Source: Vicinamibacterales bacterium
Lineage (GTDB): Bacteria > Acidobacteriota > Vicinamibacteria > Vicinamibacterales > Vicinamibacteraceae
NCBI GenBank assembly: GCA_963844435.1
Contig: CAWJOG010000001.1
Span: 80,201 to 144,200, forward strand
Direction of reading: 5' to 3'
Length of the DNA stretch: 64,000 nucleotides
Made by a program: the position numbers and the translations under genes. The notes below the pieces were generated by a model, which saw only the letters and a list, made by a program, of their open reading frames with translations, did not search any database and was not told the DNA's origin. Every line of letters begins with the position of its first letter. Within the stretch, counting starts at the first letter, position 1. Positions 10,098 to 18,173 of the stretch are shown one piece after another.

Positions 10098-11810
10098 CGC
10101 GCGGCCTCCGGCTCGGCGACGCCAGCATCCGCCGTCGCCGACGACGCCGGGAGCACCGGCGCGAACTGGCAGCCGTCGACGAAGAAATCGAAGAAGCGCC
10201 GGATGCGTCTCGAGGCGGCAGTGCTCGACCCGCCGCACCGTCTCCTCCAGCTCGGCGCGCTTCGCCCGCGACAGCAGCGCCAGCGTCGCGCCTTCGATCG
10301 CGGCATTGCCGACCTGGACGATCCGATCGGCCGGAATCATCGGCACCAGGCCGATGCGCTGCGCCGATTCGAGGCGCAGGTGCCGGCCGAACCCGCCGGC
10401 GAGATAGAACACGTCGATGGCGTCCACGTCGACGCCGAACGTGTCGAGCACCACCTTGAGTCCGGCGACGTTGGCGCCCTTGGCCTGGGCCAGCTCGTTG
10501 ACGTCGCTCTCGAGCAGGCCGACGCCGGTCGCCGCATCGAGGGTGACCTTCGACTCGCCGTCCTCGAAGCGGCCCATGGCGTTCATCCGCCCCGTGCGCA
10601 GCAGCTCGCTCAGGGTGTCGACGAGGCCCGATCCGCACAGCCCCTCGGCCGGGCCGTCGCCGATCACGCCGAGCGCGAACGTGCCGTCCGCGCGCGCCTC
10701 GACCGTCGCGACGGCGCCGTCGAGCGCGGGCATCCCACAGGAAATCGCGCCGCCCTCGAAGGCCGGACCGGCCGGGCACGACGCCGCCAGGACGCGGCCG
10801 CGATGGCCGAGCAGCAGCTCGGTGTTGGTGCCGATGTCCATCACCACCGTGAGGCGATCCGCGTGCGCCAGATCGACCGCGAGCAGGCAGGCCGCGGCAT
10901 CCGCGCCGACATGACCGCTGATCACCGGCAGCCCGTAGACGCGCGCCCTTGGGTGGATCGGCAGCAGCGACCGGCGGCCGCTGGCCACCAGGCTGGTACT
11001 GGCGCGCTTGCCTTCCGCCATCTCGATCTCGGTGATCGACTGGTACGGGCTCTGGCCGATCGAGTGCACGTTCTGCCGGAAGAACAGGTCGCGCATGGTC
11101 GCGTTGCCGACGACGATCAGCTCGTAGATCGTCTGCGGATCGACCGGGAACTCCTCGATGGCGTGGCTGATGTAGCCGGCCAGCGTCCGCATCAGCAGGA
11201 AGCCGCCCTGCTCGGTGTCGTACTGGATCCGCGCCATCACGTCGGAACCGCCGAAGCGCTGCGGGTTCTCGAACGACGCGTCGGCGACGAGCGCGCCGGT
11301 CTCGAGGTCGAACAGGCGCAGCACGACGGTCGTCGTGCCGAGATCCATCGCCAGGCCGTGGATCGGACCGGTCGACCGCGCCACTTCCTCGCCGTCGACG
11401 AGGATGCGATCGCCGTCGCGTGTCACCGCCGGATCGAGCACCAGGCCGGTGTGTCGCGCCGCGATGTCGGCGCAGCCGGTGAGGACGCGCAGCTGGCCGC
11501 GCCGCATCGTGTGGCAGCGGACGTGGGCGTCGCCGTCGATCGTGGTCCGGCACGACAGGCGGAAGTGGCCGCGCAGGTGCTGCTCCTCCGGTGTCGGCGG
11601 GGACAGCGCGTCCTGGCCCTCGGTGACCTCGACCAGGCACTCCTTGCACTTGCCCTGCTTCTTGCAGGACGTCGGCACGCGCACGCCGAGCCGCTCGGCG
11701 TGCTCGAAGAGCGTGAGCCCCGGCACCGCCGCGGTCGACTGGCCGTTCAGGGTGAGCGTCGCGGGCACTCTGTCTGGAACCGTTCCTTTGCCTGTTGGCG
11801 GCGTCCGCAC
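10094..11810 (-). CDS. corrinoid reductive activase RACo-like (N-terminal 2Fe-2S plant-type ferredoxin plus ASKHA/DUF4445 ATPase); C-terminal frameshift near 10200-10300
   Basis: N-terminal TLTLNGQSTAAVPGLTLFEHAERLGVRVPTSCKKQGKCKECLVEV (2Fe-2S ferredoxin Cys pattern). ASKHA motifs GLAMDLGTTTVV, VMDIGTNTEL and GSGLVD. The C-terminus (FFDFFVDGCQFAPVLP...) lies in the adjacent frame ending with TGA at 10094. Confidence 0.8.
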
Positions 11811-11829
11811 GGCGGCGGCTCTCTCAACA

Positions 11830-12086
11830 CTAAAAGCCGGCCTTCGCCTCGAGCTCGGCGCGCACGGCCTCGGCCACGTCCTGGGCCGACCCGTCGCGCT
11901 CCTCTTCCTCGCTCCAGCGCCACTGCGCCAGGTAGTCGTCCGAGCCGCCCAGGCCGCGCTCCGCCGCCAGGCGGTCGATGCGCTCCTGGAAGCGGTCGGG
12001 CATCAGCAGCGTCACGTCGTCGGCGTCGTCCTCGGCCTTGATCTGCGAGGGGACTTCCTGCCAGTAGAGGACCTTGTAGCTGGCCA
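11830..12086 (-). CDS. small acidic protein of unknown function (85 aa), translationally coupled between corrinoid protein and RACo
   Basis: MASYKVLYWQEVPSQIKAEDDADDVTLLMPDRFQERIDRLAAERGLGGSDDYLAQWRWSEEEERDG... Its ATG overlaps the upstream stop (TGATG at 12084-12088). Confidence 0.45.
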
Positions 12087-12761
12087 TCAGGCAGGAGCTC
12101 CCGTCTCTCTCGGGGCGGCTTCCGCTTCCTGCGACAGGCGGAGGAAGAGGTCGACCGCCGCCGACGCGTTCTGGCCGTAGCCGTCGGCACCGATCTCGTC
12201 GGCGAACATCTGGCTGATCGGCGCGCCGCCGACCGCCATCTTGATATGGCCGCGGCCGGCCGATTCGAAGCCGTCGATGACCTGCTTCATATAGGTCATC
12301 GTCGTCGTCAGCAGCGCGCTCATGCCGATGATCGTCGGCTGGCACTTGTCCGCGGCGGCCATGAATTTCTCGACGCTCTGATCGACGCCGATGTCGACGA
12401 CCTCGAAGCCGGCGCCCTCGGCCATCATGCAGACCAGGTTCTTGCCGATGTCGTGCAGGTCGCCGCGCACGGTGCCCATGAGCAGCGTGCCGACGCGCTT
12501 CGTCGTGCTGTCCTTGGCCGAGAGCAGCGGCTTGAGGACGCTCATGCCCGCCTTCATCGCGCGCGCCGCGATCAGCACTTCCGGCACATAGAGCACGTTG
12601 TGCTTGAAGTCCTCGCCGACCACGCTCATCCCCGCGATGAGGCCGTCGGTCAGGATCTCCTGCACCGGGCGCCCCGCGGCGAGGGCATCCCTGGTCATCT
12701 GCTCGACCTCGTTGGCCTTGCCCTCGTAGAGGTACTGGTTCATCAGGGCGTAGTCGATCAT
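12086..12761 (-). CDS. cobalamin-binding corrinoid protein (B12-binding domain with N-terminal cap helix; MtaC/MetH-B12-domain-like)
   Basis: Intact 224-aa ORF. DxHxxG B12-ligand motif (GTVRGDLHDIGKNLV), then GxxV...GMSAL...T Rossmann-like B12-binding signature and the N-terminal helical cap. Confidence 0.85.
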
Positions 12762-13828
12762 CGCCCGCCCGCCATCGCGACCTTGCGCTTGCCGTTGAAC
12801 TCCGCGAGCGCCTCGAGCATCGCGCGGATGTTGCGCCCCGGCATGCCCGGGCTCGTGCCGCCGCCGACCGAGAGGATGATCCCTTCGCCCTCGGAGCCTT
12901 CGAGCACGTCCAGCGTCGCTTCCTTCACGTCGTCCTCGTCGCCGCGCACCGCGATCTCGAGCGGGTTGACGTTGCCCATCAGCACCATGCGATCGCCGAC
13001 GCGCCGCTTCACCTCGCGGATGTCCTTCTGCTTGCCCCAGTTGAGGCAGTTGAAGCCGGCGTCGGGCAGGTGATCGAGGCAGGCGTCGACCTCGGCGTCG
13101 TTGTGATAGAGCTTCACCCAGTCGTTCGGGAAGGCATCACAGATGCGCTTCAGGTAGGGGTGCGCGAACTCCTTGTAGTGCTCCTCGTTGATGAAGCCGA
13201 CGATGTCGTCGAGGATGAAGATGCCCTCGACGGTGTCGCCCATCGCCGCGTGCTGCGCCTTGAGCCAGTCGATGATGACCCGCGTGCACAGGTCGATCAG
13301 GCGATGCGCGCCTTTCGGGTCCTCGACCAGGTCGATCATGAAGTGCGTGGTGCCGCGGACGAAGCCGGCCGTGCAGAGCGGGCCGCGCGCGGTGACCATC
13401 GGCAGGATGTAGCCGGCGTCGAGGATGCGCTGCTTGTGCATCCGGATGCGGTGCAGCGTCATCGCCGCGAAGGCGTCCGCATCGACTTCGTACTCAGGGA
13501 AGTTGTCGATGTCCTCGAGCCGGTAGAGCGTGTGGTACTCGCTCGGCGTGTTGTCCTGCCAGAACTTGATCTTCGAGCCGAGGATCGACGGCTCGGCGGC
13601 CATGCCGTATTCCATCCACCAGCCGGGGACGAAGATGACCTCCGGATACTCCTCGAAGATCTTCAGGTTGGCCTGGAACCACACCTCGGGGTCGAGGTAG
13701 TAGTCCATGTGCTTGATGCCGAGATACCCGGGAATCCACGGGCTGTCGACGATCAGCGCCATCGGGATCTCGTCCAGCTTCTCGCGGCGCACGGCGCGCT
13801 TGAAGGTGTCCCATTGAGCAGGCAACAT
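12758..13828 (-). CDS. uroporphyrinogen decarboxylase (URO-D) superfamily methyltransferase, MtaA/CmuA-like (corrinoid-dependent methyl transfer)
   Basis: Intact ~356-aa ORF. URO-D fold length and pattern (IPMALIVDSPWIPGY...ILPMVTARGPLCTAGF...GIFILDDIVGFI...). AAGGA Shine-Dalgarno before ATG 13828. First gene of the operon. Confidence 0.75.
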   Translation of the reverse strand: MLPAQWDTFKRAVRREKLDEIPMALIVDSPWIPGYLGIKHMDYYLDPEVWFQANLKIFEEYPEVIFVPGWWMEYGMAAEPSILGSKIKFWQDNTPSEYHTLYRLEDIDNFPEYEVDADAFAAMTLHRIRMHKQRILDAGYILPMVTARGPLCTAGFVRGTTHFMIDLVEDPKGAHRLIDLCTRVIIDWLKAQHAAMGDTVEGIFILDDIVGFINEEHYKEFAHPYLKRICDAFPNDWVKLYHNDAEVDACLDHLPDAGFNCLNWGKQKDIREVKRRVGDRMVLMGNVNPLEIAVRGDEDDVKEATLDVLEGSEGEGIILSVGGGTSPGMPGRNIRAMLEALAEFNGKRKVAMAGGR

Positions 13829-13842
13829 TCGATAAGGTCCTT

Positions 13843-13880
13843 TTCTGACCGGACGGGCCAGTTCTGACCGGAGGGGCCAG
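13843..13880. promoter_or_regulatory. tandem 19-bp direct repeat TTCTGACCGGA(C/G)GGGCCAG x2 immediately 5' of the operon's first gene; nearby imperfect palindrome with two CACGTG cores (13925-13950)
   Basis: Read directly: ttctgaccggacgggccag ttctgaccggaggggccag. The downstream stretch gctcacgtgtcaacgtgtgagc lies in the 420-bp divergent intergenic region. Confidence 0.3.
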
Positions 13881-14251
13881 CCCTGGTCCACGACCCGAAC
13901 AAAACAGGAAGTACATCACCGTGAACGCTCACGTGTCAACGTGTGAGCGCGTCATTCCTCAGGGTGCAACCGCAGGCAGCAGCGCGAGTTGCCGTGTCCG
14001 TGCGTTTACCAGGGGCCGTTCCGGCCGCCGTGGGGCGACTTGCCGGTGGGGCGAACGCCCGCCGGCGACGGGAACGACGGGCCGGCGGACGGGCCGAATC
14101 GCCGGAAGAGGCGGCGACCGGACGACCCTGCTAGACTTCCCTCAGCGGCCCCCGCCGCGTCAGCAGCGCGGCCCCCGACGCGCGACTTCCCCGCAGCCTC
14201 CCCCGGGGCAGCGAGTGGCTTCCACAGTCGCGATTTCCGGAGGTACTCGAC

Positions 14252-14694
14252 ATGCCGCGCTCCATTTGGGCTGCCAGCCTGGCCGCCCTGACCCTGACCA
14301 TCGGTTCGTCGCTCGCCGTCGTCGCTTGCGGAGGCAGCGATTCGCCGAACGAGCCGACGCCCGCGCCGACACCTGCTCCCAACCCGCCGCCGCCCCGCGC
14401 CTCCTCCCGCGGGCTCGACCACGATCACGATCACCTCAGCCGGCGTGTCGCCGAAGGACATCGTCGTCTCGCGCGGCGCGCGCGTCACCTTCGTCAACAA
14501 CGACGGCGTCGGCCACGACATGAACTCGGATCCCCATCCGGCGCACACGAGCTGCACGGACATGAACGTGGGCAACGTCGCCCCCGGACAGAGCCAGCAG
14601 ACCGACGTCCTGAACATCGCGCGGACGGTGCGGCTACCACGATCACAACCAGCCGTCGAACGGGAACCTGCAGGGCACGATCACCATCCAGTAG
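14252..14694 (+). CDS. cupredoxin-like (plastocyanin/azurin-type) lipoprotein; frameshifts
   Basis: Lipoprotein signal with lipobox (LTLTIGSSLAVVACGGS). The cupredoxin region is TFVNNDGVGHDMNSDPHPAHTSCTDMNVGNVAPGQSQ. The C-terminal ...YHDHNQPSNGNLQGTITIQ* is in a shifted frame and carries the His ligands. Confidence 0.55.
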
Positions 14695-14704
14695 TCGATC
14701 TCGC

Positions 14705-14730
14705 GGGCGAGCGCGGCCCCGCGCTCGCCC
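14705..14730. terminator. GC-rich hairpin gggcgagcgcgg-ccc-cgcgctcgccc after the cupredoxin gene
   Basis: Perfect inverted repeat located 10 nt after the TAG at 14692-14694. Confidence 0.5.
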
Positions 14731-14801
14731 CCCTCGCAGCGCACGGAGTCTCAGCCCCGGCGTTCTTCCGGAGGCCGCGAGTTCGTTGTGCTGGATCACC
14801 G

Positions 14802-15422
14802 ATGCCGTCCAAGCTGCTGATCGCCATCCCCAACTACGGCAACAACGCTCCCGGCCTGTTCCTCGACTCGATGGTGCGGCTGATGACGCACCTGGCCCGC
14901 AAGTTCGGACCAGGCGAGATCGACTACATGCGCGTCGGGCTGATGTACATCGACATCGCCCGCAACATGATCTGGGACGAGGCGCGCAAGCGGCAGACCG
15001 AGGCGCTGCTCTGCCTGGACGACGACATGACGTTCACGCCGCAGACGTTCGAGGCGGTGTGGAACACGCCGGGCGACGTCGTGTCGGGCCTCTACTTCCA
15101 GCGCCGCCAGCCGCCGACGGCGCCGTGCATGTACCAGCGCATGCCGAACGGCCACCACTCGGCGGTGATGGCCTATCCGAAGGACGCGGTGATCGACGTG
15201 GACGCGGTCGGCTTCGGCTTCGTCCTGATCCGCAAGCCGGTGATCGACGCGCTCGAGCACCCGTTCACGACCAAGACCTCGAAGGGCGAGGACATCGCCT
15301 TCTGCGAGAACGCCAAGGCGGCCGGCTTCAGCGTGAAGGTCAACACGGCGGCCAAGGTCGGCCACATCCTGACCGTCCCGCTGATCATCGAAGAGAGCAA
15401 CGCGGGCCCGGAATTCGGGTGA
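14802..15422 (+). CDS. glycosyltransferase family 2-like protein (small, ~206 aa)
   Basis: LLIAIPNYGNNAPGLFLDSMVRL...EALLCLDDDMTFTPQTFEAVWN...GEDIAFCENAKAAGFSV matches the GT-A fold DxD region and C-terminal acceptor loop. Confidence 0.6.
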   Translation: MPSKLLIAIPNYGNNAPGLFLDSMVRLMTHLARKFGPGEIDYMRVGLMYIDIARNMIWDEARKRQTEALLCLDDDMTFTPQTFEAVWNTPGDVVSGLYFQRRQPPTAPCMYQRMPNGHHSAVMAYPKDAVIDVDAVGFGFVLIRKPVIDALEHPFTTKTSKGEDIAFCENAKAAGFSVKVNTAAKVGHILTVPLIIEESNAGPEFG

Positions 15423-15494
15423 TCGCCGGCCCGCGGCGGCGGCCGCCTGCGCGGATGAAACACCCGGCCATGGAACGGAGTAGCATCTGGCACC

Positions 15495-16656
15495 ATGGCT
15501 GACATCCACGATCCGAACTATTCCCGGCGGCGGTTCCTGCAAGCGGCCGGTGGCTCGCTCGCGGCCGCGCCGCTGCTCGGCGCCGTCTCGCCCGCCGCGG
15601 CCCAGGTCCCCGACATCCGTCTGCCCGAGGTCCCCGGCCCGAAGGTGGGATGGGCGCTCGTCGGGATCGGCGGGCTGACGGCGAACCAGATTCTCCCGGC
15701 CTTCCCGAAGTGCCAGAAGTCGAAGGTCGTGTCCTTCGTCAGCGGACGCCCGGAGAAGGCGGCGCGGTTCGCGCAGGTCCACGGCGTCGATCCGAAGAAC
15801 ATCTACAACTACGAGAACTTCGACAAGATCGCCGACAACCCGGACATCCAGGCGCGTCTACATCGTGCTGCCGAACAGCATGCACGCCGAGTACACGATC
15901 CGGGCGCTCAAGGCCGGCAAGCACGTGCTGTGCGAGAAGCCGATGGCCAACACCGCGGCCGACTGCGAAAAGATGATCGCGGCGGCCAAGGCGGCGAACA
16001 AGAAGCTGATGGTGGCGTACCGCTGCCGCTACGAGCCGAACAACCAGCTCGCCATCAAGATGGCGCAGGACAGCAGCGAGGCGGGGATGGGCCCGACGCG
16101 CGTCATCCTGGCCGAGATGGGCTTCAACATCGGCAACCCGGGCCAGTGGCGCCTGAAGAAGGCGATGGCCGGCGGCGGCTCGATGATGGACATCGGCATC
16201 TACGCCCTGAACGCCGCGCGCTACCTCACCGGCGAGGAGCCGAACGAGGTCTACGCGATGATCTCCTCGACGCCGAACGACGTGCGCTTCGCCGAGGTCG
16301 AGGAGAACATCACCTTCCAGCTCCGCTTCCCGAGCGGCATCCTCGCCAACTGCGTGTCGAGCTACGGCACGAACTTCAACAAGTTCCGCGTCTGCAAGCC
16401 GCGCGGCGCCTTCGAGCTCGATCCGGCGACGCCCTACACGGGCCTGCGGATGCGCGTGTTCCGCGGCGGCGCCATCGAGGATCGCTCGCTGCCGCAGCGC
16501 GACCACTTCCAGCTCGAGATGGACCACTTCTCGGAGTGCATCCAGACCGAACAAGGAGCCGCTCACGCCAGGCGAGGACGGCCTCAAGGACATGCGGATC
16601 GTCGAAGCGATCTACGAGTCCGGCCGCACCGGCAAGCCGATCAAGCTGGCCTGATC
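15495..16656 (+). CDS. Gfo/Idh/MocA family NAD(P)-dependent oxidoreductase with twin-arginine (Tat) signal; 2 frameshifts
   Basis: Tat motif SRRRFLQAAGGSLAAAPLLGAVSPAAAQ. Rossmann N-terminus (WALVGIGGLTANQILPAF), then the block in ORF 15865-17079 (HVLCEKPMANTAADCEKMIAAAKAANKKLMVAYRCRYEP...). The C-terminus ...RIVEAIYESGRTGKPIKLA* is in a third frame. Confidence 0.75.
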
Positions 16657-16670
16657 GATCCGCGGGCGTG

Positions 16671-17110
16671 TCACGCGGTCGGGTCCGGTTCGCCGGACCC
16701 GGCCTCGACCGCCCACGACGCCAGCATCAGCGGATACATCCCCACCAGCGTCGCGCCGAGCGCGATCGCCGGCGCCGATGGCGCCGCCCCACCAGGCCGC
16801 CAGCGGCAGCACCACCACAGCGACACCACGAGACCGGCGGCATTGAGCGCGTCGGGGATCCACGCGGCCGGCGCCGGCCGTTCCGCGGCCACGCGGCGCG
16901 CGGACGGCGGCGCTGAACCCGGCCGACGGCATGGCGTCGCGGAAGCGCGCGGCGAGCGCGGTGTCGAGCGCCGTCTCCTGCTCGAGCAGCTCGGCGCACG
17001 ACGGGCAAGAGGCGACGTGCGCGTCCAGCGACGACGTCATCCTGCGGCGACGCCTCGCCGTCCAGCCGCCGTTCGATGAGGACCGCGGCGCGGTCGCAGC
17101 CGATCATCGG
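16671..17110 (-). CDS. putative anti-sigma factor (zinc-finger N-terminus, single TM segment), frameshifted
   Basis: MIGCDRAAVLIERRLDGE... / MTSSLDAHVASCPSCAELLEQETALDTALAARF (HxxxCxxC-type anti-sigma motif). C-terminal hydrophobic segment LVVSLWWCCRW. Directly downstream of an ECF sigma gene. Confidence 0.45.
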
Positions 17111-17690
17111 ACGGCTCCGGCGGCTGGCGCCATCAGGCTGGCCAGACGCTTGCGGGCACGGTGCAGGTGGCTGCGCACGGTATTGATCGGCATGTCCAGC
17201 ATCCCGGCGACCTGCTCGTAGGATCGCTCTTCCAGGTAGAACAGCCGCACGATCCGCCGCTGCGGCTCGTCCAGCATCTCGACCAGCGTCTCGCACTCCA
17301 TCCGCAGATCGACCGGCGACGCCGCAGACATCGGCGCCGCCGGATCGGCGGGGTCGTCGTCGAGCGACGCCGTCGGCCGCGCATCCGCGCCGGCGCAGCT
17401 CGCTGAGGCAGGCGTTGCGCGCGATCACGTAGAGCCACGTCGAGAACGACGCCCGCCCGTCGTAGAGCGGCAGCGCCCGCCACAGCCGCACGAACGCCTC
17501 CTGCGCCAGATCCTCGGCGTCGGCCGGCGTCCGCACGTAGCCCAGGGCCAGCCGATAGACCCGGCCGCGATACGCCGTCAGCAGCCGCTCGAACGCCCGA
17601 TCGCGCTCGCCCGCCGCGAGCAGCCGGCAGACCTCGGCGTCAGGGGTCGACTCGTCGGGCACGCGCACGGTGATACCCGCGGCCGGCCGG
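17104..17690 (-). CDS. ECF-type RNA polymerase sigma factor (sigma-70 family, regions 2 and 4), frameshifted
   Basis: Region 2 is DAEDLAQEAFVRLWRALPLYDGRASFSTWLYVIARNACLSELRRR (ORF 16727-17773). Region 4 is LDEPQRRIVRLFYLEERSYEQVAGMLDMPINTVRSHLHRARKRL (ORF 17104-17331). The two lie in different frames. Confidence 0.7.
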
Positions 17691-17771
17691 AAAAGTTGCA
17701 GCCAGGGGGACGCCGCCGCCTGCAACCTTGCCGGCATGCCCCGAGTATCAAGCACGGAGGTCAACCCGTCC

Positions 17772-18158
17772 ATGGAATATGTCTGGTTTCCGCTCTTCGT
17801 CGCCTCGGTGCTCGCGTTCGTCGGATTCCGTCAGTGGTTGCGGCACCAGCAGCGGGCGATGGTGCATCGCGAACGGCTGGCGGCGCTCGAGAAGGGCGCC
17901 GATCTCCCGGCCTGGCCCGATGAGTCGCCATCGCGGTTCGCCTTCGGGCTGGACAGCGTCCTGCTGCTGTCCGGGCTGATCTGGCTGTCGATCGGCCTCG
18001 GCGGCATGTTCGCCGCGTGGTTGATCGTGTCCGATCCGATGGTGCAGCGGCTCCCCGATGCGGTCCCGGAGTCCATCGCGCTCATCGGGGTGCCGGTCGC
18101 CTTGATCGGCGTCGCGCACCTGATCGTCTACGGGGTCCGCCGGCGAGGCAGCCGATGA
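17772..18158 (+). CDS. small integral membrane protein (3-4 TM) of unknown function
   Basis: MEYVWFPLFVASVLAFVGF...LLLSGLIWLSIGLGGMFAAWLIV...IALIGVPVALIGVAHLIVYG is a hydrophobic profile only. Confidence 0.4.
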   Translation: MEYVWFPLFVASVLAFVGFRQWLRHQQRAMVHRERLAALEKGADLPAWPDESPSRFAFGLDSVLLLSGLIWLSIGLGGMFAAWLIVSDPMVQRLPDAVPESIALIGVPVALIGVAHLIVYGVRRRGSR

Positions 18159-18173
18159 TGGCCGACGCGTGGG

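Noticed and set aside
9217-11649. 810-aa Arg/Pro-rich ORF on the minus strand
   Set aside because: It is an alternative frame of the RACo/activation-domain coding region. The composition (poly-R/P/G) is typical of off-frame translation of 70% GC DNA, and it has no domain features.
7896-11810. single 1304-aa ORF spanning HMT, activation-domain and RACo sequences (an apparent giant fusion protein)
   Set aside because: Internal ATG/TGA overlaps (ATGA at 8819-8822 and 10094-10097) and the domain boundaries show it is three genes read through an open high-GC frame. Frameshifts also merge the frames.
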